Numbered from the stretch's first letter, positions 27,200 to 38,075 are shown. The stretch: 64,000 nt of DNA from Alphaproteobacteria bacterium (GCA_031549365.1 JAVBPX010000001.1:1-64000); one strand, 5' to 3'. The notes: generated from the letters alone by a model not told the origin. A program made the numbers and translations.

Positions 27200-28342
27200 A
27201 TGTCGAATATTATATCCAAAGAGCAAACCTGGACCCACAAGAAATCTGGTGATCTTACTCCTTACGGAGCAAAAATTGATTTTGTAAACAACTTTTTTGA
27301 AACTGCAAAAAATGATTGGGATTCCATCCTGTTTTATTTTAATGATCGCATATTTGTATTAAACGCGCGTACTACTTGGATCGCATTGGACATTAACGAT
27401 ATGGAAAATAAAAACTATTCCTATGAAGCACTGGTCTATATCATTAAATATATGTCGGAACTTATAGAAATAGCCAGGGAATTACAATCAGAAGCAAAGC
27501 ATACAAAATCAACTTTGGAAAAATTCCAGGAAAAAGAAACGTTTTCCCCGGAAAAAATTGATAAAATGTACGGCGATCTTGTGAAAATTCTTGATGATAT
27601 AAGTGTTTTTTCGACCACAATCGAAGAGATGCAGAACAAAATAAGTACCATAAATCAGCCCGCTATTGACGAGCCATCAAAAATTAATGCCCCAGAACCA
27701 CAAAAACCGAACAACAAAGAATTATTGGATTTGGAACCATCAAACGAAAAAAAGGATTTTGAACCTGTTAATGAAACGCCAGAGAAAGAAACAAAAAAAG
27801 AAAACAAAAAGACCAAATCTATTGTAAAACAAAAAAGAAACAAGTCCAATAATGCTTTCAAAAAAGCAAAAGAAAAATTATCGACAATCAAAATGCCGAA
27901 AATTAAAAAGCCTTCGGAAAAACAGATTAAAACAGTTGGCGCTGTTGCTGGCGGAATTTTGATATTAGCCGTCGCCATGTTATCATTGCGTCAATGCGCT
28001 AAAAAATCGGATAAAGCACAAATTAAAACCGAACAACGCGTACCGGTTACGCCAGAGGCCAATGCGCCAACATCGTCCATCGTTCCAACACCAAAAATAA
28101 CACCTAGCGATTGGTTAAAAATTTGGGATGCATTTACAGAAATCCGACCAAATGCAAATGGCAAAAATAATATTACTGTCGATTTATTAAATGGCGACAA
28201 TACTTTCCAGGACGATGTTATTTTGTTTGAAAATATCGACAAAGCAGCATTTGATGACAAAACATTCACAGTATTGTCCGATAATACATTATATGTATTT
28301 GACCGCATGAACGGAAATTTGATAAATCAAAAATCGCGATAA
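27200..28342 (+). CDS. Hypothetical bitopic membrane protein (coiled coil, Lys-rich linker, TM)
   Basis: AGGAGG RBS, 380-aa ORF, TM VGAVAGGILILAVAML, hairpin terminator after stop. Confidence 0.8.
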   Translation: MSNIISKEQTWTHKKSGDLTPYGAKIDFVNNFFETAKNDWDSILFYFNDRIFVLNARTTWIALDINDMENKNYSYEALVYIIKYMSELIEIARELQSEAKHTKSTLEKFQEKETFSPEKIDKMYGDLVKILDDISVFSTTIEEMQNKISTINQPAIDEPSKINAPEPQKPNNKELLDLEPSNEKKDFEPVNETPEKETKKENKKTKSIVKQKRNKSNNAFKKAKEKLSTIKMPKIKKPSEKQIKTVGAVAGGILILAVAMLSLRQCAKKSDKAQIKTEQRVPVTPEANAPTSSIVPTPKITPSDWLKIWDAFTEIRPNANGKNNITVDLLNGDNTFQDDVILFENIDKAAFDDKTFTVLSDNTLYVFDRMNGNLINQKSR

Positions 28343-28417
28343 TCAATGGCCCCAATCCGGGGCCTTTTTTTTAATTGTCATTCCTGGGGATATGGTTCTA
28401 CGACAATCATTGCAATA

Positions 28418-29347
28418 TTAATCATCCTTGGCCTTGCGCCCTGCGCGCGGATGGGCACGATTATAAATCCCGGTCAAACTGGCCATATCAACACGCGTAT
28501 ACAATTGGGTAGTAGACAGAGATGAATGCCCCAATAATTCCTGTAACGAACGCAAATCAACCCCGTCCGACAATAATCCCGTTGCGAATGCATGACGCAA
28601 TGCGTGCGGGGTTACATAATCTGGCAATTGTAATAAAAATCTGGCACGCTCCATTGTGCGTTGTGCTGCGCGGGCGGACAGAGGCAATCCGCGAACGGAT
28701 CGAAATATCGGCCTAGTAAAATCACGCGAAAAAGGCATGGTGGATGCATATTTATCAATTGATTGGTATACAATTGGCAATACTGGAACCAATCGTTCTT
28801 TGTTGCCTTTGCCCCGAATCCGCAATACTGATGGACGCCCATCAACATCACGCCATGTTAACCCCAACGCTTCGGATATACGTAATCCGCAACCATACAA
28901 CAAAATCATTAATGCGCGATCTCGATCAATTTGCCATGGCTCGCGATGAATTTCAGACACAATATCCAATAACGCCAGAGCATCCTTTGGATCAACAGCT
29001 TTGGACAATTTTCTTGGGACCTTGGGCGAACTGATTAATGTAATTGCGCTATTTTTAATTTCGTGCCGACTGTCCAAAAAACGAAAAAATGTGCGCAATG
29101 ACGATAATGCCCGCGCAGTCGAAGATCGCGACAATTCACGTTTTTGCCGATTGGCCAACCACGAACGCAAAACCAATGTATCAACATGCGCCCAATCCGA
29201 CACGTCAAATTCACGACCACGAAATTCGGAATAAAATTCAATAAAATTCCAAACATCCGACGAATAAGCATCCGCAGTGTGCGTCGAATATCCACGCGCA
29301 CTTTTGATATATTCGGAAAAATCCTGTATTAATTCTGTAATTGTCAT
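28418..29347 (-). CDS. xerC: Tyrosine recombinase XerC
   Basis: LYGCGLRISE, GKGNKERLVP, TPHALRHAFAT, LLGHSSLSTTQLYT, AHPRA. Confidence 0.9.
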   Translation of the reverse strand: MTITELIQDFSEYIKSARGYSTHTADAYSSDVWNFIEFYSEFRGREFDVSDWAHVDTLVLRSWLANRQKRELSRSSTARALSSLRTFFRFLDSRHEIKNSAITLISSPKVPRKLSKAVDPKDALALLDIVSEIHREPWQIDRDRALMILLYGCGLRISEALGLTWRDVDGRPSVLRIRGKGNKERLVPVLPIVYQSIDKYASTMPFSRDFTRPIFRSVRGLPLSARAAQRTMERARFLLQLPDYVTPHALRHAFATGLLSDGVDLRSLQELLGHSSLSTTQLYTRVDMASLTGIYNRAHPRAGRKAKDD

Positions 29348-29382
29348 GCGCCAATTATATCATATTTTTGGCACAAAAACCA

Positions 29383-29411
29383 TTGACATTTGAAATGATA
29401 ATACCCATAAT
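29383..29411 (+). promoter_or_regulatory. Sigma70 promoter of tRNA-Ser
   Basis: TTGACA-N17-CATAAT. Confidence 0.75.
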
Positions 29412-29426
29412 ATGCGGGCATTATTC

Positions 29427-29516
29427 GGAAGAGTGGCAGAGCGGTTGAATGCGGCGGTCTTGAAAACCGTTAAAGGCGCAAGTCTTTCGGGGGTTCGAAT
29501 CCCTCCTCTTCCGCCA
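29427..29516 (+). tRNA. tRNA-Ser(UGA)
   Basis: GGAAGAG acceptor, GCGGT-CTTGAAA-ACCGT anticodon arm, long variable arm, CCA. Confidence 0.96.
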
Positions 29517-29521
29517 TCTTA

Positions 29522-29553
29522 AACAAAAAGACCCTTCATGGGTCTTTTTGTTT
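29522..29553 (+). terminator. Intrinsic terminator
   Basis: AACAAAAAGACCC-TTCAT-GGGTCTTTTTGTT. Confidence 0.75.
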
Positions 29554-29844
29554 ATGATGAAGTCATCGTCGGGCAACGAATTCACCAAATTAAAATTTGG
29601 GAACTCTATTTCATAAAAATAAATATTATTAACATTTATTTTTATTCCACCTCCTTCCGCCAGCAAGAAAGAAATCGATCCTTATGGCGGTTTTATTTTT
29701 TAGACAAAACTAGCTTGGCTTCATAGCTTTGAACCGCAACAGAAACACAAAATCAAAGGATTATTCCACATATCCACTTTTGATCTAGTCACAAATAGCT
29801 TGACGCTTGCAATATAAAAATACCCGGTTTTCACCGGGTATTTT

Positions 29845-32211
29845 TTATTTTTTCAATTTAACTTCAACCTTTTTCAGATCTCCATTAATGATAAACGGCG
29901 CTTTGTACGATTCTGCGACACTTGTACCATAATCACATCCAACGTCCATCGCTTCGGACAAACCAAATCTGTATGGCACTGTTTTTTCAACCCTGCCTTC
30001 GGCAACTTTTTTGCCATCAACATAAATTGTTACATCACCGCCAGCCCCAGGCTTTTTGGTTTTTTTGAAATCAGATTTGAATTCCAACTTTACATTATGC
30101 TTTCCGCCTGAAATAGCAGAATCAGATTTAATAACATAGTAATCCTTGTATCTTGGATTTCTATATCCAAAAGTGATAACGCCTTTTTCAAACCACAATC
30201 CAAATCCACCGAAACGTCCACCCATTGTTAAAATCATACCGTCTGGTTTAACGTCTTTTCCAAATTCAATTTCGGACTCGATATTAAACGAAGCATTTTT
30301 AAAATTCGGCGCCATTCCCTCGGAAATATGATCCACAATACCACGATACGTAAATGTTGTTCTTCCCTCGTTCAAATTTGGCCTATTCTTAGAATCAACA
30401 ACAATGAATGTTTTGCTGTTTTCCCACAGAGGATAAACATTGTGTTTGCCTGCTTCTACTTCAAATAATTCCGCCATTTCGCTGACCATTTCTGGATATT
30501 TATCCGCCAAATTATAGCTTTGAGAAAAGTCTTCTTTGATATTATACAGCTCCCAACCACTTGACGTAGGTCCATTTTCCTTGCCCTGGTTCCAAGGCGC
30601 AGATTGTGGGGTCGCAGACAACATCCAACCATCACGATACAATCCTTTGTAACCCATAATTTCAAAGTATTGAATTTTATGATTTGATTCTGCATTTTTA
30701 TCCTTGAAAGAATATTTCATAGAAACTCCTTCAATTGGCTTTTGCTCAATTCCATTAACTTTGTTTGGCTGCTCGATTCCAACAACATCCAAAATCGTTG
30801 GCGTAATGTCAATAACATGATGGAATTGTGTACGCAATTCACCCTTGGCTTTGATTCCCTTTGGCCAAGAAATAACCACACCATTTCTTGTTCCGCCAAA
30901 ATGAGAAGCCACCTGTTTCATCCATTGGAACGGAGTATCCATAGTCAAAGCCCACCCAGCAGAATAATGATTATAGGCTTCCGGAGTACCCAGTTTTTCC
31001 AAATCAATATCTTCAAACTTTTCAACTTCTGCATTAAATACATAATTTTCATTTTCGGATCCTGTTAACGCCCCTTCACCACTGGCTCCGTTATCACCTT
31101 GGATATAAATAACAATGGTGTTATCCATTTCACCCATATCTTCAATTGATTTCAACATGCGGCCAATCTCGTAATCCGTTTGCTCTAAATATCCTGCATA
31201 TACTTCCATCTGTCTGGCATATAATTTTTTCTGGGCATCAGACAATGAATCCCACGCAGGTATGCTCTCTGGTCTTTCTGTTAATTTTGTATCTTTTGGA
31301 ACAATGCCCAGTTTTTTCTGTCTGGCCAAAGTTTCTTGACGCACGGCATCCCAACCTTTGTCAAATTTGCCTTTGTATTTATTTGACCACTTCACAGGAA
31401 CCTGATGCGGCGCATGCGTACCACCTGGCACATAATAAACAAAGAAAGGCTTATCCGGAGCCAAAGACTTTTGTTGATTTATCCAATTAATTGCTTGTTT
31501 TGATAAATCTTCATTTAAATTATAATTTGGATTATTTATATAAGGGGAAATGTTTTGCGTTCCGTCATACAGTTGATAAGGAGAATATTGATCTGATTCT
31601 CCACCAATAAACCCATAGAATTTTTCAAAACCCAATCCTGTTGGCCAACGATCATGAGGACCAACAATAGAGCTAGTTTCAAAATCCGGAACATTGTGAT
31701 CTTTTCCAAACCACGCTGTGTTATATCCGCTCAACCTCAACATTTCTGCCAGTGTTGCTGTATCTTTATCCATCAAAGTATCCCAGCCTGGGTATCCCAA
31801 AGATGCCTCCATAATACCCGCAGTATGAACCGTATGATGATTTCTGCCTGTCAATAACGCGGCACGCGTTGGCGACGAAACAGCTGTTGTATGAAATTGA
31901 TTATATTTTAATCCACGACTTGCCAATCGATCTTGTGTTGGGGTATTAATTGGTCCACCCCATGTTGACCCGGCACTGAATCCAACATCGTCTGTCATAA
32001 TAATAACAACGTTTGGCGCACCCTTTGGCGCAGTTGGACGATCCGGCCAATCTGGTTTTGAATTTAAAATACTGGTATTAATTTCGCCTTTAAACCCATC
32101 ACTTGGTTTTGGCAATTGGGAATCTGCAAATACATTAAATGGAACGGCCGCCATCATTCCGGCGACCAAAGCAACAGTTTTACAAAAGCCGGATTTTTTG
32201 TTTTTTTTCAT
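29845..32211 (-). CDS. Exported arylsulfatase, Ser-type
   Basis: Signal peptide; IMTDDVG, SSPTRAALLTGR (S-x-P-x-R), GKDH, HAPH, GDNG. Confidence 0.93.
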   Translation of the reverse strand: MKKNKKSGFCKTVALVAGMMAAVPFNVFADSQLPKPSDGFKGEINTSILNSKPDWPDRPTAPKGAPNVVIIMTDDVGFSAGSTWGGPINTPTQDRLASRGLKYNQFHTTAVSSPTRAALLTGRNHHTVHTAGIMEASLGYPGWDTLMDKDTATLAEMLRLSGYNTAWFGKDHNVPDFETSSIVGPHDRWPTGLGFEKFYGFIGGESDQYSPYQLYDGTQNISPYINNPNYNLNEDLSKQAINWINQQKSLAPDKPFFVYYVPGGTHAPHQVPVKWSNKYKGKFDKGWDAVRQETLARQKKLGIVPKDTKLTERPESIPAWDSLSDAQKKLYARQMEVYAGYLEQTDYEIGRMLKSIEDMGEMDNTIVIYIQGDNGASGEGALTGSENENYVFNAEVEKFEDIDLEKLGTPEAYNHYSAGWALTMDTPFQWMKQVASHFGGTRNGVVISWPKGIKAKGELRTQFHHVIDITPTILDVVGIEQPNKVNGIEQKPIEGVSMKYSFKDKNAESNHKIQYFEIMGYKGLYRDGWMLSATPQSAPWNQGKENGPTSSGWELYNIKEDFSQSYNLADKYPEMVSEMAELFEVEAGKHNVYPLWENSKTFIVVDSKNRPNLNEGRTTFTYRGIVDHISEGMAPNFKNASFNIESEIEFGKDVKPDGMILTMGGRFGGFGLWFEKGVITFGYRNPRYKDYYVIKSDSAISGGKHNVKLEFKSDFKKTKKPGAGGDVTIYVDGKKVAEGRVEKTVPYRFGLSEAMDVGCDYGTSVAESYKAPFIINGDLKKVEVKLKK

Positions 32212-32237
32212 TTATCCCTCCTAAAATGAATTTCAAC

Positions 32238-33392
32238 TTATAATAGATTACCATATTTTTTACACAACTTCAACATCCTATTTTCAACTTCTTGAAAAAA
32301 CATTGTATATCCTTCACATAAATAGTTCAGTCCGGCAGTTTCTTTGGGCAGAGGAACAAAACGTTTTTTTGGACATTCGCCACGGCATTTATCCAGCCAC
32401 TTGCATTCAATACACTTGTTCGGCAAATTACTTTTTAATTTTGCAAATTCTTTTCTCTTATCAGAATCTGCTATCTCGGACAATTTTTGATTATTAACAT
32501 TTCCATACTTGTATTCTGGATAAACAAAATGATCGCAAGCATAAACTGAACCATCCCTATCAATTGCCATTGCATGGGAACATTCTTTCTCGAAAAAACA
32601 CATCTGAGGGCCACGTCCCAACCATTGCGATAAAAAGTTTTCGAATAAAAATACAAAAACTTTACCTTGATCATTTTCATACCAATGATTAAAAACTTGG
32701 ATTAAAAATTTTCCCCAATCCTCGGGGGATACGGAAAATTCTTCCAGAATAATATCTTTGTCCCAAAATCCCGGAGCTGTACAACCATGATTTTTGACCT
32801 CAACCGCTGGAATAAATTGCATATACTGCGATCCTAGTTTATTTTTCAGATATTCATATGTTTCAATTGGTCTCTTTGAATTTTTATTATTTATCACAGT
32901 CAATGTATTATATGGAATATTATATTTCCTCAATAATCCAGAAACCTCGACAACTCTGTCTAAAACGGGTTTCCCGGAACCATCGACGCGATACGAATTT
33001 CCAATATCATCCCCATCGACCGACAACCCAACCAAAAAATGATTCGCTTGTAAAAATTCACACCACTCTTCATTTATTAATAAACCATTTGTCTGCAAAT
33101 CATTTTCAATTTGTTTTCCAACTGGACAATACTTTTTTTGCAATTCAATAACTCTTTTAAAAAAATCCAATCCTAATAATGTCGGCTCTCCACCATGCCA
33201 GGTAAAAAATATAGCATCTGAATTTTGCGCTTCTATGTACGAACTAATAAATTTATCCAGCGTTTCGTCATCCATTTCAGCATAACTGTTTAATGTCTTT
33301 GCCTTGCTTAAAAAATAGCAATATTTGCAATTCATATTGCACGCTGCGCCAATTGGTTTAATTGTCATATGAAAGTTTTTTGAAAAAGCCAT
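32238..33392 (-). CDS. Anaerobic sulfatase maturase (radical SAM/SPASM, anSME/AtsB)
   Basis: KPIGAACNMNCKYCY, WHGGEP, CDHFVYP, CxxCx5CxGxCPK. Confidence 0.95.
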   Translation of the reverse strand: MAFSKNFHMTIKPIGAACNMNCKYCYFLSKAKTLNSYAEMDDETLDKFISSYIEAQNSDAIFFTWHGGEPTLLGLDFFKRVIELQKKYCPVGKQIENDLQTNGLLINEEWCEFLQANHFLVGLSVDGDDIGNSYRVDGSGKPVLDRVVEVSGLLRKYNIPYNTLTVINNKNSKRPIETYEYLKNKLGSQYMQFIPAVEVKNHGCTAPGFWDKDIILEEFSVSPEDWGKFLIQVFNHWYENDQGKVFVFLFENFLSQWLGRGPQMCFFEKECSHAMAIDRDGSVYACDHFVYPEYKYGNVNNQKLSEIADSDKRKEFAKLKSNLPNKCIECKWLDKCRGECPKKRFVPLPKETAGLNYLCEGYTMFFQEVENRMLKLCKKYGNLL

Positions 33393-33591
33393 GTTAAAAA
33401 TCTCCTGTCAGAAACAGTATCTATAATTAACAAAAATATTTCAACTACATTCTTTAAAGATTTGATAAATTTGCCTTAATGCGATTTAAATCCCAGTGGC
33501 TCTATGCCTTGGGACACGATAAAATTATATTTATATAAACGCTAATTAAAATTGGCCCCGAACTGGGGCCAATTTTGGTATAACATTTGTT

Positions 33592-34194
33592 TTACCAAGT
33601 TGGGGCTTTGGAACCCTCTTTGATAATTGGTTGTTCATGTTCCCAAACAGACAAACCCGTTTTGACTTCGGTCAAAGTTAATTGAAAATAATATTCAACA
33701 CGTTCACGGCGCGATAATTTAATGTTGCGCTGAATCATTTTACCCGTCAATGATAATTCAGGGGCAACCAATGTGCCTTTGCCCGCAATTGTATCTTGTT
33801 TATATTCGTCGTTGGCGCGTTGATCACGAACTGTGTTTGTCATAGTGTCTTCGCCTGTAATCGCAGTTTGAATTGCAACCTTGCCAGATGCCGTTAACTG
33901 TGAACGAATTTTTTTGATTAATAAATCCGTATCAATCCTTTGCATAGTATCATTTGTAATGCGGCCAATAACAATCGCATATTTTCCACCATTCGGTTTA
34001 TTCAAAGCATTCGATGCTAACAAATTGTCGGTGGCCTTGGTTGCAGCCTTTTCCCAATCACGATATTCCAATACCATCACGTGTTCCATGTCCGCAACTT
34101 CGTCTGGATTATCGGTATCCACAACATGAACGGGACTACATGCAGACATGGCGCCAACTGACAACAATGCTGCTATTAATGTTAATTTTTTCAT
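33592..34194 (-). CDS. lpoB: Penicillin-binding protein activator LpoB family lipoprotein
   Basis: Lipobox MSAC; ITNDTMQRIDTD; YYFQLTLTEVKTGLSVW. Confidence 0.8.
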   Translation of the reverse strand: MKKLTLIAALLSVGAMSACSPVHVVDTDNPDEVADMEHVMVLEYRDWEKAATKATDNLLASNALNKPNGGKYAIVIGRITNDTMQRIDTDLLIKKIRSQLTASGKVAIQTAITGEDTMTNTVRDQRANDEYKQDTIAGKGTLVAPELSLTGKMIQRNIKLSRRERVEYYFQLTLTEVKTGLSVWEHEQPIIKEGSKAPTW

Positions 34195-34207
34195 TTTCTA
34201 CTCCTTT

Positions 34208-35608
34208 CTATAGTTCAATGATCTTTGGTTTAATTTTATGCCCGCGAATTGGTTGTCGAACATAAATCAAAGTATTTCCGTTGGCGTTTGTTTCCGCTGT
34301 GCCGATAATGGTACCATCTTGGATTATATTTATCAACCCGGAATTATTTTTTTCAATCCTAATTAAACGAACTCGATTCGGCAAACTGCTCCATGAACGC
34401 ACATCCGCACTGGTTGCACCAACACTGTATAATGCAGCAAATAATTGCCCGAAATCGCTACCATGTTCGGACGCCATATATTGAATTGATGCTTTGGTTA
34501 CCATGCTGGTTACTGCGCGCAATATACGATTGATATTGTATTCTTTAAATTCTGTCACAAACATTGTATCAACATCCGCCAATAATTGAGCCGCTTCGGT
34601 CTTATTCCCAGACTTAGCAATTATATTTAACCCAGCATCTGGATTAAATTTCGGAACAGGAATTGCGATTGATAAAAATTGAACCTTGTCCGACACCAAA
34701 AACGACGGCAAATCCAACCGACGCTCTTCCAAATTCGGGGCAAAACCAGATTCTATGATAACCCAAGCCGTTTTTGTCGGCCGAAATCCACGACCATTTG
34801 CCATTGCGGTCGCAACGGATAAATCACGCTGAATATGCGTATTTCCAATCGCCATACCAGACGCACGTTTTAAATATGTTACGGCATCCTCGTGGTCATT
34901 TCCGCCCGCGCCATAAATCATGAAATACAGCCCAGATAAATAAGTCAGTTCCGGAGATGTGATATCTGAAAACACGGCCCATTTATTTACTTGGTCATAT
35001 TCCGCATTAATTTCATGCATATATGATGATACTGCGCCACGTTCTGTTGGTGATAATTTTTCATCACTATCATACGCTTTATCTTTGCGCGATGAAATCA
35101 ATTTCCGAAATGTATCGGCGGCAACCTGTTGTTTTTCATAACCACGATTTACCATAATACGCGCCAAATCGGGATTTCCCATGGCCAAGGCATTCATAAT
35201 TTCATATTGCGATACAAATAACGCATCCATTCCATACGCAACATATTCATTAACATTATTGTTTATAATTGCGGCGGCGGATTCCTTCCATATGGCGCCA
35301 ATAATAGATCGCTCTTTTTTCATATCACGATCGGCCAATGAAAACACTTGGTCGGCCCCAGAATACAATCCATATTGAAACAATACATCGCCAGCATATA
35401 ATTTTTCCAATAAATTTAAATCTTTTAATTGTTTATAATCGTAATCACATACTTTTTTATCATCAACAAATTTATCCAACGCTGCACAATATTCACCATC
35501 ACCATACGTATCACGGAACGCGGACATACGCGAATAAACTGATGCCGAACATGCAGCCAGCAACATGATTAATAAAATACCACAGAACTGTTTCAACATA
35601 CGCGGCAT
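34208..35608 (-). CDS. COG3014-like lipoprotein
   Basis: Lipobox LAAC; ESGFAP, ADVRSWSSLP motifs; upstream of lpoB. Confidence 0.75.
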   Translation of the reverse strand: MPRMLKQFCGILLIMLLAACSASVYSRMSAFRDTYGDGEYCAALDKFVDDKKVCDYDYKQLKDLNLLEKLYAGDVLFQYGLYSGADQVFSLADRDMKKERSIIGAIWKESAAAIINNNVNEYVAYGMDALFVSQYEIMNALAMGNPDLARIMVNRGYEKQQVAADTFRKLISSRKDKAYDSDEKLSPTERGAVSSYMHEINAEYDQVNKWAVFSDITSPELTYLSGLYFMIYGAGGNDHEDAVTYLKRASGMAIGNTHIQRDLSVATAMANGRGFRPTKTAWVIIESGFAPNLEERRLDLPSFLVSDKVQFLSIAIPVPKFNPDAGLNIIAKSGNKTEAAQLLADVDTMFVTEFKEYNINRILRAVTSMVTKASIQYMASEHGSDFGQLFAALYSVGATSADVRSWSSLPNRVRLIRIEKNNSGLINIIQDGTIIGTAETNANGNTLIYVRQPIRGHKIKPKIIEL

Positions 35609-35710
35609 TTTAATTTATAAACACACAAAAAGCAAATTTATAAAAAAGTTGAAAGAATGATATTGATTCTGCTATGCTGTATCAGCACACAATAGCAAGA
35701 GGTATTTATC

Positions 35711-36487
35711 ATGCGAATAAAAAAACCAAACATAAACACAAATCATCCATTATTTTGGCCCGCATTATTTCTGGCAATCGGAATACTGATTGCTGGCGCA
35801 TCTGTTGGATACGGCGTATATCGCAGTCGCGCCATGCGCACCGTTACTGTCAAGGGGCTTGCCGAAACCGAGGTAGTCGCAGATTTTGCAATCTGGAATA
35901 TTTCTATGAACAAGGTTGGCGGGGATTTAACTGTCGTTCAAAAGCAAGTTGATATGGATTTGGAAAAAATGCGTACGTTTTTACAAAACCGAGGATTTAA
36001 TGAATCCGAAATTAAAACTCAAAGAATCAAAGTTCGCGATAAATTTACAGGATATTCCGAAATGCAAATTCGCGAAATGCAAAAAGCATCCATGAACAAA
36101 GAAAATTCTGATCGTTATGTGATTGAAACAGGATTAACTGTGCGATCATTGAACGTTGATTTAATTGATCGCGTATCTCGTGAATTGGGCGAATTGGTAA
36201 AACAAGGAATTACAATTGCCGAAGATTATTTTGGACCAATATTCATATTCAACGGATTAAATGACATCAAGGTTTCAATGATTGAATCCGCAACCAAAAA
36301 TGCACGCGCATCCGCAGAACAATTTGCACGCGATGCTGATGCAAAATTGGGCGACATTCAAACCGCGAATCAGGGTGTATTTACAATCGAAGCACGTGAT
36401 TCCTCTGACCCATGGGGCAACAACGAAAAACAATCAATTAATAAAAAAGTTCGCGTTGTATCCACGATCACATATTATTTAAAATAA
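35711..36487 (+). CDS. SIMPL (DUF541) domain protein
   Basis: RTVTVKGLAE..AD, ANQGVFTI, KKVRVVSTITYYL. Confidence 0.9.
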   Translation: MRIKKPNINTNHPLFWPALFLAIGILIAGASVGYGVYRSRAMRTVTVKGLAETEVVADFAIWNISMNKVGGDLTVVQKQVDMDLEKMRTFLQNRGFNESEIKTQRIKVRDKFTGYSEMQIREMQKASMNKENSDRYVIETGLTVRSLNVDLIDRVSRELGELVKQGITIAEDYFGPIFIFNGLNDIKVSMIESATKNARASAEQFARDADAKLGDIQTANQGVFTIEARDSSDPWGNNEKQSINKKVRVVSTITYYLK

Positions 36488-36499
36488 CGGAGGTGTATT

Positions 36500-37294
36500 A
36501 TGAAAAAAATATTATTACCGATTGCCGCAATATCATTGTTTGCAATATCAGGTCCCGCCATGGCGGTATCTTTAACCGGTTTGGAAATTGGCGCTGGGGT
36601 ATCCCCAACATCCGGCGTTGGCGGATTTGTCGGGTACCATAATCCCGAATTAAAAAATTGGTTTTGGAAACGCATCGGTGTTCGCGCAGATTTTGCAACT
36701 ACATCCCCAATAAAATCATTATATGAAATAAACGATTATGAAATCGATGATGAAAATTATGATTTTGTTGCCGAATCACGACACATGGGCGCAATGTTGG
36801 ATATATATCCATTTGGCAATACATATTTTTTGGGCGGCATCCGTGTATCCGGCGGATATGTTGATGGCAAAATGAATGCAACTGCCGAAACAAATCCAAT
36901 GATTAACGAAAGTCCCATTTTTGAAATCGGTGATGAATATTATTTATATAACGGATCCGGTGTAATATCTGCGAATGGTGATTGGAAATTTTCTGGGCCA
37001 TACCTCGGGATGGGATTTAACGTTGGTTTATTTGCTGGTTTAAAAATTTATATGGATGCCGGCGTTGTATTTACCGACAAACCAGATATTGGATACAATG
37101 TTCCGCTGGATGGTTTGAATCAATGTACGGATTCAACATGTTCGGTTACGACCCCTGTTACTGGCGATCCAGCCGCAATCGCATTATTGAACACAGAAAT
37201 CAATAATCAAATCGAACAAATCAAAGACGATATTAATTTCGATAAAATGAAATATTATCCAATGCTAAAACTTGGTCTGATGTACCGGTTTTAA
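36500..37294 (+). CDS. Outer-membrane beta-barrel protein
   Basis: Signal peptide; PYLGMG; C-terminal LGLMYRF. Confidence 0.78.
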   Translation: MKKILLPIAAISLFAISGPAMAVSLTGLEIGAGVSPTSGVGGFVGYHNPELKNWFWKRIGVRADFATTSPIKSLYEINDYEIDDENYDFVAESRHMGAMLDIYPFGNTYFLGGIRVSGGYVDGKMNATAETNPMINESPIFEIGDEYYLYNGSGVISANGDWKFSGPYLGMGFNVGLFAGLKIYMDAGVVFTDKPDIGYNVPLDGLNQCTDSTCSVTTPVTGDPAAIALLNTEINNQIEQIKDDINFDKMKYYPMLKLGLMYRF

Positions 37295-37310
37295 AAAAAT
37301 TAATACCGTT

Positions 37311-37338
37311 AAAAAACCGCCATTTAATGGCGGTTTTT
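37311..37338. terminator. Bidirectional intrinsic terminator
   Basis: AAAAAACCGCCATT-T-AATGGCGGTTTTT. Confidence 0.8.
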
Positions 37339-37340
37339 CT

Positions 37341-38063
37341 TTAAAACATTAAACGCATGCCGGCGCGAACTTGATGGAACATTGGACGAAAATCTTTGAT
37401 TGTAACTGTGCCGACACCAATTGGATCTGTGGTGTCGATTGTAATATCAACTTTGTCCATCATAACCAAACGATATCCCAAATCCAACATCATGTATTTA
37501 TTTAACGATACTCCGAATCCAGCCATTGCATTAAATGCAAATGATTGATCATCCGATAATCCGCTGTTAACTGTAACTCCACCAACGCCATCCAATTTAT
37601 TCCAAGCATACCCTGCCCCAATTCCAATATATGGAACAAGTATTTGGTCTTCGAAACTTTGGTAATATTCACGAAATAATCCGTCCAAATAAATGTTTGC
37701 AAACAATATATCCGATTCGAATTTACCAACATATGTTTCATTCGACAATGGTTCATAAATTGATAAATTTTTACCACCCGAACTGACGTACGACAATTCC
37801 AAGCGCAAATTATTGATCACCGAAACACCCATGGATACATCGAAATTACTGGTGCCTTGGTTTGAAATGCGAACACCGGAATTTCCAGCAAATTCAGATT
37901 CAGTATACAAACTGTCGCCTGACAACATTGAATAAACATAACTGGCCCCAACGTAAAATGTATAATCATAACGATCACGCGCGGTTTGGGCCTGAACCCG
38001 AGGCACAGCAATGGCTGGGGTCGCAACGATGGATAAAATAACTGGTAATAATATTTTTTTCAT
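37341..38063 (-). CDS. Outer-membrane 8-stranded beta-barrel (opacity/OmpA-like)
   Basis: RLELSY, PYIGIGAG, LDLGYR, C-terminal Phe. Confidence 0.85.
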   Translation of the reverse strand: MKKILLPVILSIVATPAIAVPRVQAQTARDRYDYTFYVGASYVYSMLSGDSLYTESEFAGNSGVRISNQGTSNFDVSMGVSVINNLRLELSYVSSGGKNLSIYEPLSNETYVGKFESDILFANIYLDGLFREYYQSFEDQILVPYIGIGAGYAWNKLDGVGGVTVNSGLSDDQSFAFNAMAGFGVSLNKYMMLDLGYRLVMMDKVDITIDTTDPIGVGTVTIKDFRPMFHQVRAGMRLMF

Positions 38064-38075
38064 AATTGCCCCCAA

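Noticed and set aside
28418-29347. Recombinase beside tRNA-Ser as the integrase of the sulfatase region
   Set aside because: Length and motifs (AHPRA, LGHSSLSTTQ) match housekeeping XerC, and it lies upstream of and divergent from the tRNA
29421-29666. 81-aa minus-strand ORF (WRKRRDSNPR)
   Set aside because: Antisense of tRNA-Ser
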